This document shows, piece after piece, positions 13,122 through 27,415 of a stretch of 64,000 nucleotides of DNA (position 1 is the stretch's first letter; the number at the start of each line of letters is the position of its first letter). A program made the position numbers and the translations under genes. The notes under the pieces are model-generated. The model made no database searches. It was not told where the DNA came from and saw only the letters and a program-made list of their open reading frames with translations. Origin of the DNA: the human T2T-CHM13v2.0 reference genome, Homo sapiens; assembly GCF_009914755.1 (NCBI RefSeq), contig NC_060928.1; one strand, given 5' to 3'.

Positions 13122-13437
13122 GGCCAGGTGTGGTGGCTTATGCCTGTAATCCCAGCACTTTGGGAGGCCGAGGCAGGTGGATCACGAGGTCAGGAGATCG
13201 AGACCATCCTGGCTAACACGGTGAAACGCCATCTCTACTAAAAATACAAAAAAAATTAGCCAGGTGTGGTGGCAGACGCCTGTAGTCCCAGCTACTCAGG
13301 AGGCTGAGGCAGGAGAATGTCATGAACCCGGAACGCAGAGCTTGCAGTGAGCCGAGATAGCGCCACTGCACTCCAGCCTGGGCAACAGAGCAAGACTCCG
13401 TCAAAAAAAAAAAAAAAAAAAGAAAAAGAAAAGAAGT
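13122..13437 (+). mobile_element. Alu (AluY-like)
   Basis: catcctggctaacacggtg and gagcttgcagtgagccgag diagnostics; TSD aaagaagtaaactg. Confidence 0.95.
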
Positions 13438-15098
13438 AAACTGACAAGAACAACCCACAGTAGGTGGTGCTCTGACAGCAGAGCCTAACTCAAGAACCTG
13501 GAGGCAGGTGGTACATCTGGGAGGTGGTTCCAGGGTCTGGAGGGAGGGTATCCTGTTCAATAAATGAATCCAATAAAGAGTGCATATTGACCTGGCTAGC
13601 ACTGTGGGCAACCAGAGCTTGATCTTGCCAAGGCCATCTGAGGAAGTGCACAGAAGGCACTTCAGTGGTCCCCTGGACCAGGTCCCATGGTCTTATGGCA
13701 TCAGCCACAATGGCCCTGCAAGCCCAGAGAAGAAGAGTTTAACCCAAACTAAGGCATCAGAAACACATCATGCAGTCGGCTGCTCAAAGCTTCTTGCATC
13801 AGAATCATACTTCCCTCAGAGTGAAAGCCAAGGTCAGCGAGACCCCAGTTAATCTGGAGTCCCAGGTTCCTGGCAGTCTTCCTGCTCCTACTTGCTTTGG
13901 GCCCTGCTTGATGTTACTTATCTGAGTGCCCTCCGCTCGACTTCCCCTGTTTGGGACAACACACACCACCACCCTGCCAGCTGGCCCTACATCCCTTACC
14001 CGTTTATGTATTCACAGTATTTACGGCACATCTGGCAGGCTATGTATTTCTAGGTCTGTCTAAAATGTAACTTGCCACACTGGAATCACAGCTTTGGTGT
14101 GTTACCCCACTGGCAGTGCAGGACACAACTCCCCAGGGGACGCATGACACAGGCGTTGGTGGGGACGGCACTGCCTGGAGTTTGCACAGCACTTGTCTTT
14201 ACTAGACCGTGAGCTCCACGGAGGCAACGGACTTTGTCCGTTTTCTTCACTGCTGTCTCTCCGGCATCTTGGACACAGCCTGGCTGGCTGCCTGGGTGAC
14301 TGAACTGATTCTTGACAGATGAATGGGTGAAGATGGAGAGAAAGGCATCACAGCTGTGAGCCGAGGAAGACCAGTGTGAAGAGGCACATCCCGTTCTTCA
14401 GCAGGAGGGTCTCTGGAGGAAGATGTTTCAAGGTAAGTTGCTCCTAGGCCCCACAACCTATCTGTACCGCTAAAAAAGATGTGTGCATCCCCAGAGAGGA
14501 AACTCACCAAGCCTCTTGACGGCAATCCGGGACCAATGGGAAAAAGAGGCCCAGGCTCTGCACGTCCAGGAAGCACCCACAAGCTGGCGTGCATGTTTCC
14601 CCGGCTCCAGAACAGGAAACATAAGTCACCAGCAGCTGGTGCATGGCTTCCGGAACACGGCCGCCCCGCAGGCACCCGTCTGTCTTGTCACTATTAATAG
14701 GGGGCTTTTCGGGCTCAGCCCGAAAGGTGGTATTTTAATGCACTGTGTGCCAGAAGATTGGCCCAACCTGCTATGCTTTTCCTAGAATCAGATGGTGGAG
14801 CTCATGTTCAAATCCACTCCCTCCCCAACTACCAATAGACACTGCAAGCAGGGGCGCCCAGGCTCCAAGCCCTTAGTGTCTCTCAGGTGCTGGTCTACTT
14901 CTGAAAAAATAAGCCCACAGGAAGCCAAGCACTGATTCAACCTCTTCATGTTCTTTCTTAAAATTAGTAGTTCCTTTGCCTCTTAAACAGGCATTTTCAA
15001 AGCCATGTGCTTCAGAACTCAAGCTCAGAGAGATTTTAGTAGGTACAGGCCCAGACAGGGGTTACCCGGTGCCGTGAGTTTAGAAATCTCTAGGTTAA

Positions 15099-15442
<344 letters not shown>

Positions 15443-16057
15443 TTATGACAGAACTTTTCAGATCCTTGCCTCTGCTGATATTTGATACGAATACTCAAGA
15501 GGAGAATTGAGTTGATATCTTTTCCAAACTCAGGTCCCTTTGTGGTGTGGAAAATCTGAAGGGATACTTTCCCACAGAAGAGACCGTAGGAAATGGGCTT
15601 TGAAGTTACGTGCTTTGTGACCATTTGCACAGAATGGTCCGTGTGGAATGTTAGGTCTGATCCCACCTCGCAGGGAAATGAGGTCCACGAACAGGTGTGA
15701 CCTCCAGGTTCACACAACCAGTAAGGATGCAGGCTAGAGCCAAGGGTTCCTAATGGCCTGTCCAGCATTCCAGCCACCAAGCCATGCTTCTGTCCCATGT
15801 TTAAACATTCCCAAACTCTAGAATCCATGACACCTCATAAGAAGATAGAACTTAGAACCCTCCCCCACCCAAGTAATAAGATCAACGGGCCTTGCCTTCT
15901 AAGGCTGCCTTTCTCATGCAGGAAATATGAGTGCACAGAACTGTATACTAAAAAAGTAAATGTTACATAATATATGTTTTTAAAATTAATAACACCAAAT
16001 TCACATATTTATAAAAAAAAATAATACCGGTGCCGTCTATTGCCTCTCACGGGGTTA

Positions 16058-16471
<414 letters not shown>

Positions 16472-17053
16472 CTAACAGCTGAATTGATTAGCTAGGGCAT
16501 GTCAGAGATACAGTTCGTTCCACAGCGACAGCAATGACCTTTAGAGCAAATCATGTTCTTGTGTCAGCACCGCTTAAAAGCAAAACGTCCACACTCAGAC
16601 AGAGGTGGGCTTGGATCCTGACTTCACTTATTATCCATGTGACTTACCGAGCCTCAGTTTCCTTGTCTATGAGATGGGGATAATTGGCTCTGCGTCCTAG
16701 GCATGTATTTGAAGTGCTTACTCAGCCCAGGCCTGGCAGGTGAAGAGCTCATTGTTCATTCTCTGCCATTTTCTGTGGCTAGAACTCCACTCTATAAATC
16801 ATTGTTTAAGGATGGGTGTAAGCAGCTTAAATGCAGCTTGTGCCCTCAAGGGGTGCTCAGGCCAGTGAGGGAGGCTAAGTCAACTGCTGGCCTTTGCTGC
16901 CAGTGTGGGAAATGCAGAGGGCCACAGAGCATGGAGGCAGCCTCCACATCAACCCTGCTAAGGGGAAAAGCATTCCCTCTAAGCTTAGAGGATGAGTAGG
17001 TATTAGCCACACAGCAAAGGCGAAAAGGGATCCTGAGAGAGGGAAGCACACGG

Positions 17054-17461
17054 TGTATTAGTCCATCCTCACAATGCCATAAAGAAATGCCTGAGACTGG
17101 GTAATTTGTGAAGAAAAGAAAAGAGGTTTAATTGGCTCATGATTCTGCAGGCTGTACAGGAAGCATGATGCTGGCATCTGCTTGGCTTCTGGGGAGGCCT
17201 CAGGAAACTTACAATCATGGCTGAAGGCAAAGTGGGGGGTGGGGGGTGAGCACCTCACAGGAAGAAGAGAGAGAGTGGGGAGGTACCAGAATTTTAAATA
17301 ACCAGATCTCCTCAGAACTCACTCACTATCACAAGAACAGCACCAAAGGGGGAAATCCGCCCCAGTGATTCAATCACCTCCCTCCAGACCCCACCTCCAA
17401 TACTGGGCACTACAATTCAACTTGAGATTTGGGTGGGGACAGAGATCCAGACCATATTCCA
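17054..17461 (-). mobile_element. MaLR LTR (MSTA/MSTB-like solo LTR)
   Basis: tgtattagtcc...gagactgggtaattt...aggtttaattggctca...gagatttgggtggggacagagatccagaccata. Confidence 0.85.
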
Positions 17462-18323
17462 TGGGGAAAGACACAGAGGTCAGAAGCAGCCTGGCATGCC
17501 TGGGGATCTGTAAGTGGTCTTCTTTGGCTGAAGGGTGACCTCAAAGTGGGGAATCTGGAAAGGACTGCAGAAGCCAGATCTCAGGGACCCCAGTGCCATG
17601 TGTAAAGGGGAGTCTGGGCTCTGTGGTGAAGGTCATGGAGGGGTTTTCATCAGGGAGGAACCGGAAGATAGAAACATTTCCAAGCTAAGACATCACATGA
17701 GCGCTGGGTGGAAATGGAAGAAGGGGAAGGAATCGTCTTTATCTTCTCCTCAAAGCTGGGATTCCTCAGTAAGAATGTGTAGCAGGCAAGTTTGCAACAG
17801 GTATCAAAGGCCTTAACAATGTTCATGTCCTTTGACCCATAAATTTAGTGCTGGGAATTTGTCCTCTAGAAAATATCCAAAACAGGGTCACAAAATGATA
17901 CACAAAGATGCGATCCAGAATTAATTACAATGGTATAACCACACCAATAATGAAGTATCATTCAGCTACTACAGCTACTCAAATATCTTCCAGGAAGTTT
18001 TAAGCACGAACAAAAGTGCTAGATAATAAAATGTGAGGAGAAAAAGCAAACTACAAAATTCTTTGTTAGGAATTCAAAATGAAGTGGATCTGGAGTCATT
18101 GGCTTCCCCTACGGAGACTTTGGGGTCCACACCCATGATCTAACCGCCAGTATAATGCACAGCTGTCTCCCAATGCACAACCTTCCCCCAATGGTCACAG
18201 TTCATGTGCCCATCTCTCATTGAGCTGGATACCCCTTCATGGCCAGGGGAGTTCTGCGTATTTCATCTCTATATCCTCAGGAACCAGCCAGGACCCTTAC
18301 ACAGTATTTAGCAGATGTTTGCT

Positions 18324-18520
18324 GGGCAGGAGGGGAAGAGGGAGGCAACAGACAAGAGGCAAGGAGAGACAGAGAAAGAAGAAAGAGAACGTTTGAAAAG
18401 AGAGAGGGAGTGCAAAGGAGAGAAAAGGAAGAAGAGATAAAAGAAGGATAAAGAGGAAAGGAAAGATGGAAGGAGGAGGAAAGAAAGGAGAGAAGAGAGA
18501 AACAAAGGGAGAAAAGAATA
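18324..18520. repeat. GA-rich polypurine tract (CU-rich in the CRMP1 pre-mRNA)
   Basis: About 200 bp almost all A/G on the + strand. Confidence 0.85.
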
Positions 18521-19434
18521 CATGGACACATAATAAATCTCTCTTTTCTGCTTTTCAAATTCCTGAAAACCTAACCCCACTAGCTGAGAGAGAAGCCTGG
18601 CAAGTGCAAAGCCTGCACGCTACAGATGCTGCAGGAAGGCGTCCTCGCGAAGACTCTACCAAAACCCTGCTGGGCTGCATTCCTGTCTCTACTGCCAAAT
18701 GTCTCATGAGTCAGAGGAGCAGCCAGGCAAGAGAAAGGGATTCTTCTCCAAACCTACTGTCATCTCCCATCCAGCCCCCACTGGGAGGAGACAGCTGACA
18801 TTGGCAGGACGCTTTTGTTCTTTTTCACAAACATTAAGCATTAGGTTGAGCTCTGCTTACAAAAACTAGCCTTTAAAGCTTCAGGCATTTTTATCCACAG
18901 AACAAAAAAACAAACAGCAGCAACCACAGTCAGCCTCAGCTCAGAGGGGAGGTTCTGGATGACAGTGAATGTTCTGCATCACTGTCTATTCCTGAGTGAG
19001 GCATTAAACCTCCCCGGGTTCTGTTCTCCCTCCTGCATGGTGGGAATAAATCTGTCATCTCCACCATGAAGGTGGATGTCAGAAGGCATACAAAATCTAT
19101 TAAGGTCTAGATTTTAGAAAAAAAAAAAAAAAGAGATGGGATGCTATTCTTATCCAATCAACCTCTATCCAAAAATCACTGGTTTAGCAACCTTGGCTAT
19201 CTGAAAAATAGCAGAGAACCAAAGCTGTTATTACGGTGACAGAGAAAAGACTGTGACTATGTCATCAAGGAGGGGAAATTTGAGCTGAGTTCCACAATAT
19301 AAATAGGAGTTCAGAAGTCTAGAAAAATTGGGAGAGGAGAAGGGAAACATTCCAGCCAAATAAACATTAGATACAGAGACACGGTCTTCTGAAAGTTCCA
19401 GGTACTGTGGGTAGGTGAGGAACAGGTGGGGGTT

Positions 19435-19455
19435 GGTGCTGTCCGCGGTCCTGAA
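19435..19455 (-). promoter_or_regulatory. RE1/NRSE (REST binding site) candidate
   Basis: Minus strand TTCAGGACCGCGGACAGCACC versus consensus TTCAGCACCACGGACAGCGCC, with canonical half-site spacing. Confidence 0.75.
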
Positions 19456-19587
19456 TTGACACTGGACACAGAGACCGTGAGTTTTCTCCAAACCCTGATG
19501 CTGAAGACCCCTCAGCCCCCTACCACATCCAACCTTATAGTTTCTTACTGCTTTTCTTTCTCAGCTTCTTAAAAAAAGTCTTGTTTC

Positions 19588-19994
<407 letters not shown>

Positions 19995-22900
19995 TTACAC
20001 TACTTCCAATACTTAATTCTCCCACCCCAGGAAGTTGGGGTGAGGGCAAGCAACTCCCATGGCCCCCACTAGAGCAGTCATTGCAATCACGAAGAGGTGG
20101 GTGTCAACATAGGGTCTCAGAGGCCACGCAAATTCAGATGAGGTTACCTGATTCCTCAGTGGGAAGGGCAGGAAAGCTCAGGGTAACTAACTGACCAGTC
20201 TCTTCTGGAAAGATGAAGAAACCCTTTCTTTCCAAAGAGCAAGCAGGGAAATGAGCCTCAAAAAGATCAAGGGAGCCCATTTTGTAGAAATGTGCTTATC
20301 CAAGCATTGAATGCAGGGGGAACTGCTTTCTTTTAGAACAAAGGAAATGTCAAGGTGGGTTTTGAAAGTTTTTAGTCCTTTAAAGGCCACATACTCATGA
20401 TGTTGAAGCTGATATTCGCAATTCAAAACTTCAAGATGATCGGTAGGCATATCCCCCCACCACCCTCCTTCTGAAAACTGATAGCACGACAGCATGGCCC
20501 AGCTGGTCCTCAGAATGCCCTGGAATTGCCTGCTAAAAATTCCCATCGGGGCTTTTATCAAGATATTCATTCACCAGATCTAGATTACAAGCCAGGAATT
20601 TATATTATTAACAAACATCCCCAGATAATTTCAACACAGACCCTCTGTGGCAAGTCCTCACCATGCCCCAAAGTGGGTGCAGTGCAGCCGCCTGCCCCAC
20701 TGACTGTGGGTGTTCTGCCCATGTGACCTGCTTTGGCTGGGAGTGCACCAGTCTGAGCACAAGCTTTAAGGGGCAGATGGGTTCAGCTTTCCCTGACAGT
20801 CCACCTCCTGCCATGAAAACCACAGGACCCAAGGAGTGGCAGCCCCAGAATGAGAGGATTTGAGGAGCACACCTGACCCCAACAGAAGACTGAAGACAAA
20901 TTGAGTTGAGCCCTGCTAAGCATCTACCACCCACAAACCTATTGCCATAAATAAATATTGGTTGCTGTAAGGCACAGAGTCTAGAGGGGGTGTTTGTTAG
21001 GCAGCATCATCGCATCAAAGCAAATTAATACATCGTAAAGGTTCTGTGCTGGGAGCCACAGGGGTTGCTGCATAAGAGGTTTTATAGCTCAAATACGTCA
21101 AACTTCCATGACTTGGTCCCTACCTTGAATAACCAGAGCCTTCCCCTTGAGCAAGCTCCCCACTCTGGCCTCCTTGCAACGGCAAGTGCTGCCATCCCAT
21201 CCAGCTGCACACTCATATTTATTCACAGAAACCATCCATTTGCCTTTGATTTTGCCTCCGGGGACGACAGCCTGTCAGCCAGTGGCCCTTTGCCACACTA
21301 TCCAGGAATGCAACCCACGAAGTGGCAACCGGTATGAGCCTGAATCTAATTAACACACATTCGTTCCCCCTCTCACGGGTAGGGGACAGGGCGGCTTTCC
21401 CCCTTTCATGAATGGGAGATACAGGTAGTCCCCATGGACTGCAGGACTTTTTTTCCCCCCGATATTATGCCTGTTTCCATGACAACTGCAGTTATAAGTG
21501 CACAATTTCAGGTCCCACTGTACCAGCAGACTTTCAGGGAGCACTCCCTGATGGACTGAATATCTGATTTTAAAACAGCACACCTCTGTCACAACCCTAA
21601 GAGTGGGCAGGGCCTGCACGCTGCATAGGGAAAGACGATGCTAGCTGCATGTGTGATCGGTAACTTGACCCATTTCTCTGTGTTCTGGTCTGTGCTTCTT
21701 GCTTTATAGAAAGAAATCCGAACAGAACTCCTTTGCCTTAAGAAGTGCACATTCCTTGAGCTCATATTAAGGATCAGTTCTGCATTACATGGGTTTTCAT
21801 TTTTAATTCTTAAATCACCTTAAAAGTGGGAATAAGTATGACAAGTGAGGAAACTCAGAAGTAATTTGCTCAAGGTCACACAGCCAAGAGATGGTACAGC
21901 AGCTAGGATTTGAACCGAATTCCACCTGGCACCTATACAGAGACCACCCCACTGCCTCTCGGTGGTGAGACTAGTACAGTGTTCTCTTCAGTGTACCTAG
22001 TTGATACATCTGAGCCTCAGTTCCCCACTCTGTAAAATAGGGACAGGCAGTGATAGACTACACTTATCTGCTCAGTGTTTATCAAGTACATACCCCAGGC
22101 CTTGCACCTCACCTGCCCTCTTGACACGATTATCGTGAATGTGGTCAAAAGTGGTTAAGGCAGATTAAAGGCCTCGGAAAACTGCAAAAGGCTTTCTAGG
22201 GGAAATACATTACATGCAGAGACCTGTCATCTAATAAACATTGCCAATGCCTCCTGGGAGCCAGGTGCTTATATTTACTCTCTCATTACATGCTCATTTA
22301 ACAAAGAGGCGATGTTTGGATATGAATGCAGAGGCCAGACTGCACCTAACGATATGGGTGCAGAGGGCAGACTACCTAGGCTCTAACGTGGCCCCACACC
22401 TCCAAACTCTGTCACATGGGTGAGTTCACCTCTCTGTGCTTCTGTTTCTCATCAAATGCAGAGGAAAATTTTGAATGTGAAATGAATTAACCCACGGATA
22501 GCACTTCGCACAGTGCCTTATTTTTTTTTTTAATCCTTGCAACGTGGGGTAACATCTCATTAAAATGCTCAGTTCCATTTTCAGCTTATCTCTCATCTGT
22601 CCCACCTCAAACCTAACTCTTTTTTAGATCTTGTTGCATCTACTCTGGAACTGTTCTAATACCTACCTGCTGACTTTCACCTCCCAATGCACCTGCCCCA
22701 GATAAGCCCTCACCCCATCTCCCTGCCACAGAACTTGTCCACTCCATATGACAGGCAGAGTGACCTTTCTGAAATGCAAATCCAACCATGCCTCGCTTCT
22801 CCTCAAAATCCTTCACCAGCTTGTCCTCATCTGTAGGACAAAGCTCACCTCCTAGGCTCTTCCCGGCCTGAGCCCGGCCCTCTCTCGGCCGCGCCCCACC

Positions 22901-25061
22901 ACATCTATCTACGCACACCACGCTCTGCCTCCCTAACTGCACCTTCACAACCTGTGCCTTCCTCTATGGCCTCCCTGCAGCATGCATCTCTGGCCACATC
23001 TGCTCTGCTCATTGCTTTCCAACTCCTTAGTCACGTGCAGTGTCTTGAGTCCAGGATCACAAGGTCACTCCTTGGAGTTCCCACAACATGAGGCTTGCAT
23101 CTCTGGTCCAGCATTTGTTCATGACACTCATTTTCCAGCTCATTGTAATATATCTTATTTCCCCCATGAGACTGAAATCCTTGGCACCAGAGATGGCAGC
23201 TTATTCCCACATAGCTTCTTAGCGGGGTGATCTTTGGCAAGATACTTAATCTCTGTTGGCTTCAGTTTCCTCATCTATAAATGGAACCCATCAAAATACC
23301 TACCTCACAAGATTACTTGAAATAATATGTAAAAGCACCCAATACACTGAACACTGTCCTATGAAGTTTAACATTCTATGCCAAATGCTCTAACATTCTA
23401 TGCCAAATGTTCATCCATTTGAGGATGCAGGAAAAAGCTTCAATTGCTTTTATCAGCTTCTCAGAGGAGTTGATGGCCTTAGGAAGCCTTTAAACTCGTT
23501 TAAGAGGTTCCCAGTAATTAAAGTTTTATTTGGATTCCTTTTTATTCTGCATGTTCAGAAATAAAATATAGCAAAAAAAAAAATGAGACGAAAGGAAAGG
23601 AAAATGAAAGAAAGTAAAGGAAAACCTAACACCGTATGCGGAAATCATGATAGAGGAGGAATAAAGAATTGGAGTGGTTTTGGAAAAGAGAAGGTCCTAA
23701 GTAATGGAGAAACATCTTCCAGTGCCTCTAGGAATAGCAGTGTGGAAGAAGAAACTTGGGGAGACTCTTGAGAACAAAAGTAAGGCACAAGGCAGAATCC
23801 CACTCTACATAAAGAAGAGCCTTCCAACAACAGAGCTGTACAAGAGTAAAGCAGGTTGCCATGTAAAGTGGTGATCTCCCTGTCATTGGAGGTATGCAGA
23901 GAACATACTGGGAATTTCTGCACTGAGGGGAGAATGGTGGGGGCAGGGGAGAAGCAGTAGACAGACACTTTTTCCTTCCTCCTTAATTGTACAACATAAA
24001 ATTTTACATAATTTAAAAGTTCCATTCAACGTTGAGGTTATAGAAATCAAACATTTGCTGAGATTTTATTAGACCTTAAGCCCTAAGGGTCTATGGATAT
24101 GGTATGATTTAAAAATACATGGCAACATAATTTGGGGGCAGGTTCAAAATTTCCTCAAATAGCCACCTTTTTGCTGTATGTAATTCTGCATCAGATCCAA
24201 TGAGTCTTCCCATGGAATTGACTCCAAGTTCCAACACCAGGTCATTATTTACTCAAGGCCCTGGGCAGAGCACAAGATGTGCAATGTGACGATCCCACTT
24301 GTGTGTAAAAAGTACCTTTTGCAAAAGCTTCCCATTCCATGTGAAATGCAGCGAAGCCCATTACTAAACCAGATCTGCCCTCTCCCCATTGTCAAAGCAC
24401 CACTTCAGGGGCCCCCACACCTTCTTTTCGCTTTGAGCTCCAAAACTCCTCATGCCACCTTCATCTCATTCTGCATAGTAACTACCTTCATGTTAAATCC
24501 ACAGACAGTGCCTTGTTAAGGAAGACTAAATGCAGCTGTGGCTGAAACCTCACTCAGCAAGGAAGTCCACAATCTTGCTCCCATTCACTCACTCACACAG
24601 TGTGGCATCCCCACTGTGAATCCCCAGTGTTCCTGAAGGGCTCCTGAGGAGAATCAGACAATTTCCCAGTCTTCCAAGTATCCATGGTCAAGCGGAGCAG
24701 ATGGACATGAGCAACAAGCCAAAGTTACTGAAATTGAAGTGCTCACCACCCCCAGCCCAGGAGGAGGAATCCTTTATAGAGAATGGACACAGCTGATACA
24801 AAGGCAGAGGGCCACACATGGTGTGCCAGGTCAAGGCGAATGCTCTGGATGCCTGGGACACAGGCCCAAGGAAGGAGTGGGGAACTACAACCTCATATAT
24901 CCACAAACATTGCTTTCTTCCTTTTAGCTGCTTGCTCTTGTTTTCTAGACAACTTCTCTATGAAGCATCCAAGATCCCACTCCACTTCCCAAACTACCAA
25001 CACCAATTCAGAGTTGTTTCTTCTCAGAGCAAAGCTATGATTTGGTCATTACAGCTCTCTA

Positions 25062-25553
25062 GGGCAATGGTTCTCAACCTTACTGTACTCAGGACATACT
25101 TTCAAATCATATAAAATTTTGCAGCATTCTTGAAGGATTAAAGACCTAAAATTACACCAGGTAAGTCTGCAACCATCACCATGCCCTCCCACTGCAGTGT
25201 GACTGTAGCTGTCTTACAGGTCTATCATAGCTCTGATTGCACTTGGTTACCATTCAGCACCGTGGTGCTGTCCACTGCCCCGACCATGTTCTTTTATATG
25301 CTCTCACGGCAAAGTCCTCCGGTGTTCCTCTTCCATGGCAAGAGCTGACTTTTACTTACAGCAAATTAGACTCTATTCAACATCTCTCTGCTTGTGAATA
25401 CTCAGGGCTCCACCTGAGAGATGCTACAATAATTTGTAGACTTGGTTGTAGCAAACATAAATTTTAAACGCTGATCAAAATTTAGCCACACATCGGCAGA
25501 GAATTTTTTTGAGTACACCACTGTGCTCACAGCACACAGGCTGAGAACCACTG
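25062..25553. mobile_element. Old hAT-Charlie-like DNA transposon relic
   Basis: Termini caatggttctcaacct ... aggctgagaaccactg are inverted repeats typical of Charlie MITEs; family uncertain. Confidence 0.45.
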
Positions 25554-26949
25554 GTTGTTGAAATAGCTTGCATTTTTCTGTCTTCTACCAATACCTTTTG
25601 TACATGGGCCCCTAATATCTATCTCTGTCCTTTGCCTCTCACCCTCATTCCAATCTATTCCTTATTGTCCATTGAGACACCTCAATTTCGAGCTTGCTAC
25701 CAAATCCAATACAACCTAAGAACCAATGGTGGGATTTTTCTTCCAAACCCAATCCCTGTGCTTCCTGACCACCTCATCATCAGCTTCCACGGGTGTGTAT
25801 TAGCATCTTTTACATGTCAGAACTTTCACATTCAATCCTCACATCTCCTCTAGAAAGACTGACTTTGTGCTTCTCTCCCACCGATTTAGAGCTTGATCAT
25901 ACAACTTGCTTTGGCCAGTACACTATCAGCAGATGTGAAATATGCTACATTTGAGTAGAAGTTCTTAAAGATATTTCAGGTTGCTGCCAATCTCTTGTGC
26001 TTTTCTTCTCCTTCAGCCTGGGTCTCAAAGTGAGGAGATGCACAGAGTAGACTCACTACCCACCAGTAAACAGGGGCAAAGTTACAGCCAACCCACAGCC
26101 CTCATGTAGCATGAGCAAAAAATAAGTGTATATTGTTGACACCTTGGGGTTGTATGCTATGGAGCAAAGCTAATACACCATCCCACGGTAATAATAATAA
26201 GAGCTAATCCACATTGCATTTAATATGTGCAGGCACTATTTTAAGCATCTTACACATATTAAGTCATTTAATTCTATGGGGAAAAAATCTTAGGAAATAT
26301 CATTCTGATTTCCAAACATAAATCTGTACAGATAAAATTGATGCATAGAAAGAATAAGTGACTTGTCCAATTACATAGCTAGTAAGTAAAACAGCCAGGA
26401 TTCAAAGCCAGATAGTCTGAGTTCAGAATCCACATTCCTACAAGCTGCTTTCATAATAACAGCATCTTACCTCAAGAACTTCCAGTGCCTTCCTATTAAC
26501 CAAAGAAGAAGATCAGAGTGGCCTAGAACTTGGAACTGAATTATCTAATCCAACTCTCCCTGTCCAGAAAAGGAATCCGAGGCCCAGGGAGAGAAAGTGA
26601 CTTGCTCAACATCAAATAACCCATTCATATCTAAGACACACTTAGAACCCACGTGTTATTTCCATCCCCTTGGGTGCATTCTCCCTGATTTCCAAAGCTT
26701 TATAGAATCCCCCCATAGCCCCACCCATTCACATGTATTTCCACTTCTGCGTCCTCTGATTCACCTGTGTGAAATATTCCACCCACCTTGCATGCCCTTC
26801 CCTTCCCTCAACCAATCAAGTCCCTCAACACCTGGCTGATGTCATCCTCCAAACCCCAAGAAGCCATCTCTTGTTGCTTCTGCCAGGGCTGAGTCATCTC
26901 TTCTCTGAATTCCTCTGACACCTGTGCCCTGTTCCGCAGCCTGCCTGCT

Positions 26950-27307
26950 TTCCTTCCTTCCTTCCATCTTTCCTTCCTTCCTTCCTTCCTCCCTCCCTCC
27001 CTTCCTGTCTTTCTATCTTTCTCTTTCTTTCTTCTTTTTTTTTTGAGAGAGTCTCATTCTGTCGCCCAGGCTGAAGTGCAGTGGCATGATCTCAGCTCAC
27101 TGCAACCTCTGCCTCCCAGGTTCAAGCAATTTCTCCTGCCTCAGCCTCCCGAATAGCTGGGATTACAGGTGCCCGCCACCATGCCTGGCTAATTTTTGTA
27201 TTTTTAGTAGAGACAGGGTTTCACCATGTTGGCCAGGCTGGTCTCAAACTCTTGACCTTAAGTGATCTGCCCACCTTGGCCTCCCAAAGTGCTGGGATTA
27301 CAGGCAC
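26950..27307 (-). mobile_element. Alu (AluS-like) with adjoining (TTCC)n/(TTTC)n tract
   Basis: Antisense Alu at 27034-27307 preceded by a pyrimidine microsatellite. Confidence 0.9.
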
Positions 27308-27376
27308 CCTTTAGTCTTTCTTAAGTTGTTTTATGTGCATGCACTTTGTCACTTAGATGGCAAGATAATTAAGGTC

Positions 27377-27380
<4 letters not shown>

Positions 27381-27413
<33 letters not shown>
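27381..27413. repeat. (CA)n microsatellite
   Basis: About 16 perfect AC units. Confidence 0.95.

Positions 27414-27415
<2 letters not shown>

Noticed and set aside
14844-14859. Possible CTCF motif gcaagcaggggcgccc
   Set aside because: Core lacks one G and the CCA start of the consensus
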